A stretch of 64,000 nucleotides of DNA from an uncultured Candidatus Poseidoniales archaeon (lineage in GTDB: Archaea; Thermoplasmatota; Poseidoniia; Poseidoniales; CAYMED01), in the NCBI GenBank assembly GCA_964389655.1, contig CAYMED010000002.1, positions 1 through 64,000 of the forward strand. The letters are read 5' to 3'. The notes beneath the pieces were generated by a model, which was not told where the DNA came from, did not search any database, and worked only from the letters and a program-made list of their open reading frames with translations. The translations under genes were made by a program, and so were the position numbers. Below, piece by piece: positions 1 to 10,444 of the stretch (positions within the stretch are counted from its first letter, which is position 1; every line of letters starts with the position of its first letter).

Positions 1-240
1 AGGCCAGCAAGGCCAGCAAGGCCAGCAAGGCCAACAGCAGGACAATGGCCAAGGTCAACAGCAGCAAGGCGGCGAACAAGGCACACAAGGCAATCAGCAG
101 GGTCAACAGAACCAGCAGAACCAGAACGGACAGAACCAGAATGGACAGAACCAACAGCAGCAAGGCCAAACACAGAATGGTCAAGAAAGTCAGCAAGGCC
201 AGCAAGGCCAGCAGACCGACCAACAACAAGGCCAGCAGCT
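1..240 (+). repeat. Imperfect 9-bp coding repeats (ggccagcaa = GQQ; cagaac = QN)
   Basis: aggccagca x3 at 1-27, with further copies at about 190-240. Confidence 0.85.
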
Positions 241-994
241 CGACAACCAGAACAATTTGGACAATGATGGTGATGGTGTTCCGGACGCGAATGATGGGGA
301 CAGCGACAACGATGGAATTCCTGATCAACAAGAACAGGACATCGATGGCGATGGCATACCTAACACCCAGGATGACGACGTCGACGGAGATGGCATACCA
401 AATGACCAAGATGACGACGACGACAACGATGGTATCCTAGACAACGACGACAACGATCCCAGAAGCGAATGGGCTGATACTGACTTTGATGGCGATGGCA
501 TCGAAGATCATCTTGACGACGACGCCGATGGCGACGGTATAGATGATCGAGAAGAAGTCGAAGACGGAGATGACCGCACGGACATCTACGACCATGACAA
601 TGACGGAATTGGTGATTGGAATGACTTCGACAAAGACAATGATGGCATTGACAACTGGAATGATCGGCATGAAGACGGAACCGATGCATCCCTCGACCAT
701 GATAACGATGGGGTGAACGATGGTGAAGACACCGATGATGACAATGATGGCATCCTCGATGTTGATGAGGCCGACGGTCTAGTTGGTGATTCCCGCTATG
801 ATCACGATAACGATGATCTTCGTGATGATTGGGATACCGACGACGACAATGACGGCCTTACTGATTGGTTTGAGATCAACGATGGAAATGATTTGACTGG
901 TCAATTTGACCATGATAATGATGGTATCGATGACCTCCCTGATGATGACGACGACAATGATGGTTTACTCGATGATCTCGAGATAACCGTCTGA
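2..994 (+). CDS. 5'-truncated protein: Gly/Gln-rich (GQQ) low-complexity region followed by thrombospondin type-3-like Ca-binding repeats
   Basis: The frame starting at nt 2 is open (GQQGQQGQQGQQQDNGQGQQQQ...) and continuous with ORF 257..994. Many DxDxDGxxD / DHDNDG repeats. Confidence 0.85.
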   Translation, partial: GQQGQQGQQGQQQDNGQGQQQQGGEQGTQGNQQGQQNQQNQNGQNQNGQNQQQQGQTQNGQESQQGQQGQQTDQQQGQQLDNQNNLDNDGDGVPDANDGDSDNDGIPDQQEQDIDGDGIPNTQDDDVDGDGIPNDQDDDDDNDGILDNDDNDPRSEWADTDFDGDGIEDHLDDDADGDGIDDREEVEDGDDRTDIYDHDNDGIGDWNDFDKDNDGIDNWNDRHEDGTDASLDHDNDGVNDGEDTDDDNDGILDVDEADGLVGDSRYDHDNDDLRDDWDTDDDNDGLTDWFEINDGNDLTGQFDHDNDGIDDLPDDDDDNDGLLDDLEITV

Positions 995-1061
995 GTCAAG
1001 GTGACCACATCGTGGCTATCTGTCCGGAAAGCCCTCACGCAGTGAAGACTTCCCGGCTACC

Positions 1062-1110
1062 GGCACTTCGGGGCAATGCCCCGGAGTGCCCTCCTTTCTT
1101 CTTCTCTTCT
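1062..1110 (+). terminator. GC-rich hairpin followed by a pyrimidine tract
   Basis: ggcacttcggggca (1062-1075) pairs with tgccccggagtgcc (1077-1090), one G-U pair, then ctcctttcttcttctcttct. Confidence 0.55.
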
Positions 1111-1200
1111 GGATATGATACACAACTCCGTGCGTGATACATCCACGCATCTTTTTCCCATCGCGTTCAAGTATGATTTTGCAGCGCGGTGTTCGATCGC

Positions 1201-4200
1201 ATGCAGTCTGCAATCGAGTTAAAGAGCCTGAAAGAGAATCGCCGTCAAGTGTTTATCGCACTTATTATGACTGCTTTGATGGTAGGGGGGGTTCTTCCTT
1301 CTGCGATTGCATCTTTTAGCGCATCTTCGGATACTAGTGACAGTGAAGCAGATGGCCATGGTGAAGGGTCATCTGCCGCTCCCCAACTTGAAACGCGAGC
1401 GGAGAATCACTATGGTTCGGATGCAGAGTCGTTAATGCAGCGATTTATTGAATCCAGTCACCATGAACTTCCATACTTGTATTGGAGCGACCCTCTTGCA
1501 ATGATTGGCAAAGTATCCGATGAGTCTCTTTTGAATTTGATCGAACCGGGCTATGGCCTCCTTGCTGAAGAGCCCACAACAGGAGACCATGACAATGATG
1601 GTATCGATGATCTAACAGACAAGGATGATGATAATGATGGTATTTATGACCTCATCGAACTCTTCGATGGATGTTATGGTACTGATCCATTTGATCACGA
1701 CAATGATGGCCTCCTCGACCATATTGACCTTGATGATGATAATGATGGAATATTGGAAGGTCCCATTGATTACAACCGCAGTGGATTAGATCCTTGGAAT
1801 GTATCCAGCGACCGGTATATTTTATCTGATACGATACACCCATGGACATCTACTGTAGTAGGTCCTGCATATCTTGCCGATCAGAACCCATGGGATCACG
1901 ATAATGATGGGGTTCCAGATGAAGATTCAGATGGAAATGGCGCAGGGAGCTATGACGAAGATGACGACAACGACGGGAGAATTGACCAATTCCTTTGGCC
2001 ATGTGACTTTGATAGTGATGGTGTGCAAGATTATTTTGATGCGGATGATGACGACGATGGAACCATTGACACTTTCGACACCCACCCCTATAACAAAGAC
2101 ATAACCACTACCAAGAACCCCACTGGATCGAAGGCCCCAAAAAATTGGGAGTGGTCTGATTACAATATGTTCGATGCAGCAGTTGATTTTGTTGCTTGGG
2201 AAGCTGCTAGGAACCCAGTTTCTCCATCTTTCACCTCGATATATGATGGTGATTTTGATAATGATGGAATTCCTAATTTCTTAGATCCAGATAGCGATAA
2301 TGATGAAACTCCCAACAATGTCGATACAGATGACGACAATGATGGGTTATTGGATATGTGGGATCCAGACGATGATGACGATGGTATCAAGGATGTCTGT
2401 ACAAACCTCGATACGAATGGAGACGGCTTAGAAGATCGGACAGGAACAAATCAAGCACCCTATGAGATTCCAGGTACTGACTGTGAACTTGATTATGATT
2501 ATGATTTGGACAATGATAGGTGGCGCCCATTTGACCAAAATTACAATTCTATGTGGGACTGGTTTGACACCGACCTTGGTGGCGGAGCAACTCCAGATAA
2601 TACAAATCATAAGACCGTTGGTGCAATCGATGGGCCCTGGGACTTGGATAACGATCAAATTTGGAATGAAAATGATTCCTACATGCTTGTCAAAATCATT
2701 GACATGCAAAACTGGAATTGTGAGACCTTAGGGGTCTCTGACGGCGGTGGAATTCGGCGTAACATCGCTTACGATCCAGCCCTTCCAACCGATTCACGCT
2801 GCTTGACCGAGCGCGCGTCATATACGCAGAATAACGACTGGGATGGAGATGGTATCAATAACTGGGATGACATCGATGATGACAATGATGGGATTCCAGA
2901 TCATGTGGACATTGATATTGACTGCGACCTTGATAATGACAATGATTTGAACTTACTTAACGGAACTAAATTCCGAGATGATGGAATCAATCTTGTCGAT
3001 ATAGATATTGATGGCGATGGCCTAACGAATGACATTGATTGGGATGATGATAACGACGGCGTCAATGACCTTTATGATCCAGACGATGGAAATTGCGGCC
3101 TTCAAGATTCAGACCTTACAGACTCCTTTGACAAAGTCAATTACCCAACAGCCGATGGTGAACCCATCAACGGAAGTATCGATTCTCAGCGATATGGCTC
3201 TAATTCATCGGACTTTTGGAAAATGACTTTCATGTTGAATCCCTTTGATAGCATTGTTCTTTCTTACAATGGGTACGATGAAATTGCTGCCGGAGGCGTC
3301 AAATCAGGACGAGTCCCTGAGTTTTGGTGGTATTATTACTCGCGATGGAGCCCATGGAGTGGTGGGAACGACGTTGATATTGATGCCGATGGAGATTCAT
3401 TGAGTAATTTCATAGATACTGACCAAGATTCAGATGGGATGCCTGACTGGTGGGATCAAGATGAGGGTGGTGATGGGATTCTTGATATCCATGATTTCAA
3501 ATTTGGAGGTAGTATTGACAATCGAGGTCCGTGTGGGTTTACAACAACTCAGGGCTTCGTATGTGGATGGGAATATGCGACATTTTATCGCATGCCACTT
3601 CAAGGAACTCAACAATTCTCTCTTCCCCTTAGTACACGCCCTGACCCTACAGTCACTAATTATGAATGGGAATTTAATGGTGCAGTAATCAATAGCTCGG
3701 GGTATGATACAGATGGTGGTGGCACTGGATTTGGTGGGATGCTTAACAATCGTGATTTGTACATTGCATGGGTAGGCATTCAACTTGGAACACTAAACTG
3801 GCTAGCTGATCACAATGCAAATGAGTTTCCCGATGAATTGGCAGATGGCCTCAAAGACGATGTGGACCCAGACAATGATTGTCCTGCTCCTTTGGGCGGA
3901 AATATTCCAGATCCAAATTGCATGCGAAATGACACGGCGGATTTAGATGATGATTTTGATTCAGTATACGATGCCTCAGATATTGATGATGATAATGACG
4001 GCGTATGGGACTATCTCGAAGTGGATTCAGATCGTGATTTAGATGATGATGCAAATATCTACGAACCATCATTTTACACCGGCACAAATTGCATAGATAA
4101 TGATGATGATGGAACTGATACGGATCCGGATGAAGATGGATGGTATCAAGCAGTCTGGGATCGTGGAATGCCAGTTCAGGGGTATTACAAAAATGCCAAT

Positions 4201-7200
4201 GGAAATATCATATCTCACTATTATGACGTGGATAATGATAACGATGGGGTACCTGATACAGAAGATCCAGATGACGATAATGATGGGGTTCTAGATGTAA
4301 TACAAGAGGCGGAGTGTTTTTGGGGGGAAGAACAATATCCTTGGGACCATGATAATGATGGTGTTGTTGATTGGAAAGATGATGATTGGGATGGCGACGG
4401 CATTCTCAACCACAATGAGCCCCTAGGCACTGCTGACTTTTGGATATCAAGATGGGACCACGATGATGATGGCATACGGGACGATGTAGACCTCGATGAC
4501 GATGAGGATGGGATGCTAGATCACGATGAAGTTCTGCTTTGGCCCCAGCGCTTTTTCAAGAACTCTACAAACCCATGGGATCACGATGACTACGGGGGTG
4601 GTGAAGCCCTTGCAGATCCGGGAAATCAACTTACTGGGCCAGATGGCTTTGATCGTGATGACGACACCGACTTGCGTGTTGATGACGATCATGATCATTA
4701 TGAAGAGGGATTTCCCCCTCATTCAAATTGTTCATCCGATCCAGCATCCAGTGACTGGGACTTCGACAACGATTGTATTTTGGATAAAGATGACAAACGG
4801 CCAACTCGAATTGTGTTGTATCCATTTGAAGCACCATTGTGGCTTGATTCGAAAGTTCCTTCTGTATTTGAGGGATATGTAGAATGGAAAGAAACTCCCG
4901 TTTCAAATTGGACACGAGCTCCTGATTTGCCAATACAAATTGTAATTCAATGGTCTGTAAACCAGACAATTGCAGTCCAATCAGCTGATGTTTTGACAGA
5001 TGGCGTGGGCGAATTCAAAGTTGCCCAATTTTTGTATCCAGAACAACTTCATCCAGCTGCAAATGGCACATATGATGTTTGGGCCGAAGTTACTGAAATG
5101 TTTGATTGGAATGGTGCTCAATCTACGCTGAATAAAGCAGGTGTCAAAGCGAATTTGACAGCAGATGTCTATGTATGGGACTATTTCCGTTCTGATGAAC
5201 AACCATTATGGTTTGATTTCAAGGCACATTATACTGCAGATTGGGAGCGGCAAATGTTCGATAACCGTTTGGTCCATGCCCCAATTACATTCACTCTTCG
5301 TGGGCCATCTAGCACGCCAAACCCATTTATTGGTGGTGTGAATTACTCGAATGGCGGACTTGGATATCGGACAGACTCGAATGGTTTTGCCTCAGTAACT
5401 TATGACCAAACAAATGATTCATGGAATCAAGTTCATTGGAATAATTCCCTTAACAATGGCCGCGGCGGATATGAATGGATCATCTATAACCCAGCTAAGG
5501 GGGGCCATGATCTCATAGGTGAATACAATTACACGCCCACAAGTTTACCCAAAGGCGACTATGAGGTTTATGGTTTTGTCGATCCTAACCTTTCTTCATC
5601 AGGATATTATCCGTATATGGATGGCGATGAAACTGACCATTTCCGTATCCGATCAGTGCATCGCATGTTCCTGAATTCCACTCTCCACCTGAATTCGACC
5701 ACCCCGTTACTATATTTCGATAATAAGCAATGGAATGGCGTAACATTTGGCGCATGGCGTGCCTTGTTACACGAACCATCTATTACTGCTAGTGGGCAAG
5801 ACTGTGAGCAGCGAAAGATTGGCCTTTCCTACCCAATTTGCTGGGATGGGGACTTGAATACTCTACCAACAATTTCTTCTGAAGCTGTGAAATTAATGGA
5901 TTTTGTATCCGTTAATTCTACTCATTGGTCTATTGCAATGCTGAATGGGGGGAGTCTTTCAGTACCGCCTTGTGGACCCGTTGAAATTGACAACCCAAAT
6001 AGTGACGTTCGTTGTGAAGTTGTACCTTTGATGAATACCTGGGACGCATTTGAGATCACTGGCGATGTGAAAAACCGGACCGGCACCCCTTGGGCGTGCC
6101 CCCCTCCAATTACTGAAGCCGATTGTTTAGCAGCGGGTTTGACTGACAAAATCAACTTCTATGTTGATACTAACAAGGATGGTCAATTCTCAAAGACAGA
6201 GAGTGAAATTGTAGTTGATCCCAAGGCGCCTAAGTGGTACAATGATTCTCAAGGAGCAAGAGCTGAATTTGACTTTAATTTCTACTGGGACAAGGGATTT
6301 GCAGCTGGAACTTATATGATTGGAACTGATTTTTCTAATTCATACTATTATTTCACAGGCGATAGTACGGCAGTTGCTTCTAAAACAGGGACATTCAACA
6401 ACATAACAGTCATTGGATATACTGACTTTGTATTAACTCAAGTTCCTCGCGTATATCGAAATAGTGAGACTACATTACAAGCCCGGCTTATCGACAATGC
6501 GGGATTGCCGGTCGCCTCTGTTGGTGTTGATTGGCAGTGGCTAGGTTCTGGGACAGGTATTGCCTCTGGAACTGTATTCACTGACATGGGGGGATTTTTC
6601 GACATCCCTCTTTTAATTGATGAGAATCATCCTCTTGGGGAATTTAACCTAACAATGACGTATAGTGGTGGCGACCTTCGCCGTGGATCGACAGCAGACC
6701 AATCTGTATGGGTTGTATCCCGCACACATCTACTAACTCTTGATTCAGATACATGCACGCGTTGCGTAGCTGGACAGCGCTGGTCATTTAAGGCAAAAGT
6801 AATTGATGATAATCGAACACCTTGGACAGATTCCGAGGGTGAGAATTTAGATGGTGCTGAGGCAGGTATTGTTCAGGTAATCTTTGAAGGACGTGACAAA
6901 CAAGATCGTATCCACCGTAGAATTATGGCCGAAGTATCTCCGAGTCTCGGGCGCGTATCTCAAGCCTTCCAATTGGATCCGGGTGATATCAGATTAATGG
7001 ACAACACTTTCCTTCCCGATGGATTTGGGCCAGTAACAGTTTACCTACGATTCATTGAAAATAAACCAAATGAGGGCTGTGCTCCCCTCAACCCCGACTT
7101 TTTAGATCTTCAAGGGGGGTGGGACGAGTGCACGCTTATACCAAATTCGAATGATTATCGGCTTACACTGCCATATTACAATGATGGAGGGGGATTCCTT

Positions 7201-8982
7201 CTAGTATCCCAACCACGGATGACAATTGATACATCTGTAACTGATATTTATACAAGCCAAGAATTGTTAGTTGACGGGATACTATCTCAAGTCGCTAAAC
7301 CAATGATTGTTTCGGGAAACCTGATTGATGAACTCAATCAACCCCTAAATGACCGTCGCGTAAGAGTCACTTGGAGAATGCTTGATTCAGATTCTAATGG
7401 AGTATGTGGAGGCGGGGATAAGGACTTCACCATCACAGATTTAGATGGAAACTGGACTATTGCTTGTGATATTTCGATGGTGGATGCAGGTCCAATTGAG
7501 GTGTCTGCGAGTTATGTGAACACAGATCAATCTTTCAACGATCTGACACGATATGAAAATGCAACTCAACCCGCCCAATTCCAAATTCATTCTAACAGCA
7601 CTTTCTCTTTTGATCGAATAGGAGCTGGAAGGAATGGCCGAGAGACCATCGAATTAGTTGGCTGGTCTAGCCCACTATCTGTGATGTATTACAAGGAAAG
7701 TTTCCACATCACTGGTTGGCTCAATCAAACCAATGGGCGGCCACTAGGGGGGAGGTGCATGAACCTCTACCTCGATGATATTGCAGAACCTATTGCAACC
7801 ATCACTACAAGTGATATGGATGGCCGCATCGATTGGTATTCTCTTGATGATACTAACAATTTAATCACACTAGATCCGCGTGGTTGGCCACCAGAAGGAA
7901 ATCATACACTTAGGCTTGCTTATGAGCCCACACTATCGGTGCTGGGTGGATGTCCCCGTGACCCATCTGCAGTTATAGATGGCACCTCTACTGAAATTGA
8001 CATTTATGTTCGTAGCCGTGTAAAACTAACTCTTCGCACAGAGTGGGCCCGAAGAGATGGATACAATTTTGGAGATACCGTTTACGGGAATGTTTCATTG
8101 CGAAGGGAAAAGCATCAGTCTGATATCCCAACAGAGCGCGTCATTTTTGAGATACTTTATCTTTCAGATAATGGCACTTGGGTATCGCATGAAGTGATGG
8201 ATCAAAATTTCACTAATGAACTGGGGATAGCCCGTTTCGGTTGGCGCATTCCTACTGGTGAAGATAACCCCTGCGGAATTAACACGTGCACTTGGGCTAT
8301 TGTCGCACGATATGATGAAACCAATCCATTCATGCCAGTATCGTCGCCAATAAACCAAACATTTGATGTAAACAAGCCATTTGTTGCACAAAGCGACCGC
8401 CAAGGATTCTTTTCACCAGAAAATTCCTTTTTCATTGCAACAATTGCAATGGGTTTGTTGATTCTTGCAGCAGTGATGTATCGTAGATATGCAGAACGCC
8501 GTCGCGTTGAACTTCTACGTGGTATCTTAACCGATGCAATGATGCAATTACGTGCAGCGAATGAGTTCATCCAAGTGATTTTCAATTGCTATAATGAACT
8601 CGTCCGTTTCTTCAGAAAGCATGGGTTTTTGAAGAAGGTTTACGAGACCACTCGTGAATTTGAGCAAGCAGTTCGAAGAGCATTCCATATGGTTCCAGCG
8701 GCCCAATTAGATCAATTCCTGGCAATATTCGAAGAAGCGAGATACTCAAATCATGATATCGGAGCAATTGAACGAGATCAAGCAATTATGACACTTCAAG
8801 CAATTACGGATAGTATCTCTCGCTCGCTTGGATCTGACGGAATGATTGCTCGAACAGCAGCTCACGAAGCCGACATACATTCTCAACTTACAAAGGCTGG
8901 AGAATTCATAGATGCACAAGGAAATGTTGTTCTTCAAGGCAAGGAAGAAACAGATGCAACAGCACCTACATTCAAAATATGA
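1201..8982 (+). CDS. Giant membrane-anchored surface protein: TSP3-like Asp-rich repeats, Ig-like stalk, TM helix, cytoplasmic DUF4129-like domain
   Basis: N-terminal hydrophobic signal. About 1100 aa of DxDxDGxxD repeats, then beta-rich repeats (TDxxG turns), TM FFIATIAMGLLILAAVMY, and the DUF4129 pattern CYNELVRFFRKHG..ETTREF..FEEARYS. ATG 1201 preferred over GTG 1189. Confidence 0.85.
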   Translation: MQSAIELKSLKENRRQVFIALIMTALMVGGVLPSAIASFSASSDTSDSEADGHGEGSSAAPQLETRAENHYGSDAESLMQRFIESSHHELPYLYWSDPLAMIGKVSDESLLNLIEPGYGLLAEEPTTGDHDNDGIDDLTDKDDDNDGIYDLIELFDGCYGTDPFDHDNDGLLDHIDLDDDNDGILEGPIDYNRSGLDPWNVSSDRYILSDTIHPWTSTVVGPAYLADQNPWDHDNDGVPDEDSDGNGAGSYDEDDDNDGRIDQFLWPCDFDSDGVQDYFDADDDDDGTIDTFDTHPYNKDITTTKNPTGSKAPKNWEWSDYNMFDAAVDFVAWEAARNPVSPSFTSIYDGDFDNDGIPNFLDPDSDNDETPNNVDTDDDNDGLLDMWDPDDDDDGIKDVCTNLDTNGDGLEDRTGTNQAPYEIPGTDCELDYDYDLDNDRWRPFDQNYNSMWDWFDTDLGGGATPDNTNHKTVGAIDGPWDLDNDQIWNENDSYMLVKIIDMQNWNCETLGVSDGGGIRRNIAYDPALPTDSRCLTERASYTQNNDWDGDGINNWDDIDDDNDGIPDHVDIDIDCDLDNDNDLNLLNGTKFRDDGINLVDIDIDGDGLTNDIDWDDDNDGVNDLYDPDDGNCGLQDSDLTDSFDKVNYPTADGEPINGSIDSQRYGSNSSDFWKMTFMLNPFDSIVLSYNGYDEIAAGGVKSGRVPEFWWYYYSRWSPWSGGNDVDIDADGDSLSNFIDTDQDSDGMPDWWDQDEGGDGILDIHDFKFGGSIDNRGPCGFTTTQGFVCGWEYATFYRMPLQGTQQFSLPLSTRPDPTVTNYEWEFNGAVINSSGYDTDGGGTGFGGMLNNRDLYIAWVGIQLGTLNWLADHNANEFPDELADGLKDDVDPDNDCPAPLGGNIPDPNCMRNDTADLDDDFDSVYDASDIDDDNDGVWDYLEVDSDRDLDDDANIYEPSFYTGTNCIDNDDDGTDTDPDEDGWYQAVWDRGMPVQGYYKNANGNIISHYYDVDNDNDGVPDTEDPDDDNDGVLDVIQEAECFWGEEQYPWDHDNDGVVDWKDDDWDGDGILNHNEPLGTADFWISRWDHDDDGIRDDVDLDDDEDGMLDHDEVLLWPQRFFKNSTNPWDHDDYGGGEALADPGNQLTGPDGFDRDDDTDLRVDDDHDHYEEGFPPHSNCSSDPASSDWDFDNDCILDKDDKRPTRIVLYPFEAPLWLDSKVPSVFEGYVEWKETPVSNWTRAPDLPIQIVIQWSVNQTIAVQSADVLTDGVGEFKVAQFLYPEQLHPAANGTYDVWAEVTEMFDWNGAQSTLNKAGVKANLTADVYVWDYFRSDEQPLWFDFKAHYTADWERQMFDNRLVHAPITFTLRGPSSTPNPFIGGVNYSNGGLGYRTDSNGFASVTYDQTNDSWNQVHWNNSLNNGRGGYEWIIYNPAKGGHDLIGEYNYTPTSLPKGDYEVYGFVDPNLSSSGYYPYMDGDETDHFRIRSVHRMFLNSTLHLNSTTPLLYFDNKQWNGVTFGAWRALLHEPSITASGQDCEQRKIGLSYPICWDGDLNTLPTISSEAVKLMDFVSVNSTHWSIAMLNGGSLSVPPCGPVEIDNPNSDVRCEVVPLMNTWDAFEITGDVKNRTGTPWACPPPITEADCLAAGLTDKINFYVDTNKDGQFSKTESEIVVDPKAPKWYNDSQGARAEFDFNFYWDKGFAAGTYMIGTDFSNSYYYFTGDSTAVASKTGTFNNITVIGYTDFVLTQVPRVYRNSETTLQARLIDNAGLPVASVGVDWQWLGSGTGIASGTVFTDMGGFFDIPLLIDENHPLGEFNLTMTYSGGDLRRGSTADQSVWVVSRTHLLTLDSDTCTRCVAGQRWSFKAKVIDDNRTPWTDSEGENLDGAEAGIVQVIFEGRDKQDRIHRRIMAEVSPSLGRVSQAFQLDPGDIRLMDNTFLPDGFGPVTVYLRFIENKPNEGCAPLNPDFLDLQGGWDECTLIPNSNDYRLTLPYYNDGGGFLLVSQPRMTIDTSVTDIYTSQELLVDGILSQVAKPMIVSGNLIDELNQPLNDRRVRVTWRMLDSDSNGVCGGGDKDFTITDLDGNWTIACDISMVDAGPIEVSASYVNTDQSFNDLTRYENATQPAQFQIHSNSTFSFDRIGAGRNGRETIELVGWSSPLSVMYYKESFHITGWLNQTNGRPLGGRCMNLYLDDIAEPIATITTSDMDGRIDWYSLDDTNNLITLDPRGWPPEGNHTLRLAYEPTLSVLGGCPRDPSAVIDGTSTEIDIYVRSRVKLTLRTEWARRDGYNFGDTVYGNVSLRREKHQSDIPTERVIFEILYLSDNGTWVSHEVMDQNFTNELGIARFGWRIPTGEDNPCGINTCTWAIVARYDETNPFMPVSSPINQTFDVNKPFVAQSDRQGFFSPENSFFIATIAMGLLILAAVMYRRYAERRRVELLRGILTDAMMQLRAANEFIQVIFNCYNELVRFFRKHGFLKKVYETTREFEQAVRRAFHMVPAAQLDQFLAIFEEARYSNHDIGAIERDQAIMTLQAITDSISRSLGSDGMIARTAAHEADIHSQLTKAGEFIDAQGNVVLQGKEETDATAPTFKI

Positions 8983-9024
8983 GCCACCACAATGAGTTTA
9001 TTCGATGAAAAGGCGATCTCTCTT

Positions 9025-9471
9025 TCAGATCATTTGACCTTTTGCATCGAGTAACTCGATTGTCATTCCAGCATCACGAATCGCTGCGGTGATTTCATCA
9101 TGAATTCGATCGCTGAAGTCATCTAAGTCTGCAAGAGATGTTTCATGACTCGAATCTCTCAATCGGTCAATCATATGATTAACTACACATGAAACCCCGT
9201 AAGATTGTCCCACTCGGAAGGCATGTTCTGGTCCTCCGTGTTCCGGGTCTTCTGCAATCAAGCGTGTCATAACTTCTTGCGTATATGCAACAAGTGACCC
9301 ATAGAGTGCTTCAACCACTGATGCGGCCCCATCGGCATGATCCATCCACGCCTGAACTTCGCTAATTGCAGCCGATGAGGATTGCTGATACAGCTTGTGT
9401 GCTGCCAGTACATCCCCTTCTTCAATTTGCATTGCTTCGGTCATCAGGTCCTGCCATGATGGTTGTTCCAT
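9025..9471 (-). CDS. Hypothetical acidic helical protein
   Basis: 148-aa ORF with ATG start filling the intergenic space. No recognised motif. Confidence 0.7.
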   Translation of the reverse strand: MEQPSWQDLMTEAMQIEEGDVLAAHKLYQQSSSAAISEVQAWMDHADGAASVVEALYGSLVAYTQEVMTRLIAEDPEHGGPEHAFRVGQSYGVSCVVNHMIDRLRDSSHETSLADLDDFSDRIHDEITAAIRDAGMTIELLDAKGQMI

Positions 9472-9591
9472 AGGGGTCGATGGCAGAATATGCCTTCAAC
9501 ATAGTGGATAGCCTAGGACATAATTCTGTGAAACTTATCCCATAGTCTTCATAACGGGGCTGTGGGTGGGCGCGACGCTTCAGGTGTTGAT

Positions 9592-9957
9592 ATGTCCCGA
9601 GTCTGGCCCAAGAGCAACCCGGCAATTACAGACCTCATAGTACGGCTCAAAGCTCACTCTCGTGAATCCGGGTCCCCATTATGGCGTGATTTAGCACGTC
9701 GCCTAGAGCGGCCTAGAAGCAGTTGGGCCGAACCGAATTTGAGCCGTGTAGAACGATATACTGATGGTGGCGCAACGATCGTTGTCCCCGGCACTCTACT
9801 GGGATCTGGTGATATCTCAGCCCCCCGCACCGTTGCAGCAATTCGGATTACAGCGGGAGCAAGGGAGAAAGTAGAAGCGGCTGGTGGACGCGTTATGACG
9901 TTGGATGATCTCATGTCTGAATCTCCGGGTGGAAAAGAGGTGATTATCCTTGGCTGA
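9592..9957 (+). CDS. rpl18e: 50S ribosomal protein L18e
   Basis: KSNP..LI..L, W..LA..L.RPR, NLSRVERY, IVVPGTLLGSG. AGGTG SD before ATG 9592. Confidence 0.95.
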   Translation: MSRVWPKSNPAITDLIVRLKAHSRESGSPLWRDLARRLERPRSSWAEPNLSRVERYTDGGATIVVPGTLLGSGDISAPRTVAAIRITAGAREKVEAAGGRVMTLDDLMSESPGGKEVIILG

Positions 9958-10444
9958 AGGAGTAACGCGTGTTTATGATGCCTCGGGCCAAATTCTTGGC
10001 CGGCTTGCTTCATTGATTGCTAAGGAATTAATGGCAGGGCAAAAAAATGGAAGAGACGATAGGGCGGTTGTCATCAATGCCGAAAAAGCAATTGTCAGTG
10101 GCCGTCCGAGTTCAGTATTCAAGAGATACCGAGCAAAGTATGAGTTAAATCACCCAAGAAAGGGCCCATTCTTTCCCCGCATGCCCGATAAAATCCTCAA
10201 GAGGACAGTCCGTGGAATGCTTCCCTATCAAGCTAAAACACGTGGGCGGGATGCTCTTCGAAATCTACGTGTTTGGATTGGAACAAGGCAGGAATTCAGC
10301 GATGGTTTACCAGATGGACATGTAGATGGAGATTTGTCGTCTATTGCAGGCGAAATACCAGAGCGACACGTCACTCTCAATGAAATAAGTCATAATCTAG
10401 GTGCCCCAGTAGACCGCTGGGCGACAATTGGGGGCGGGGTCTGA
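9950..10444 (+). CDS. rpl13: 50S ribosomal protein L13
   Basis: [52 protein letters not shown] before the TTG start. Confidence 0.96.
   Translation: MAEGVTRVYDASGQILGRLASLIAKELMAGQKNGRDDRAVVINAEKAIVSGRPSSVFKRYRAKYELNHPRKGPFFPRMPDKILKRTVRGMLPYQAKTRGRDALRNLRVWIGTRQEFSDGLPDGHVDGDLSSIAGEIPERHVTLNEISHNLGAPVDRWATIGGGV

Noticed and set aside
45-440. 131-aa basic ORF and the many short overlapping or antisense ORFs in the track
   Set aside because: These are shadow frames of repetitive or well-supported genes (e.g. Met/Thr-rich frames over Asp repeats).
1024-1056. Archaeal SECIS after a TGA-ending gene
   Set aside because: The GAA is not followed by the paired C/G helix of archaeal SECIS, and the upstream protein has no selenoprotein character.
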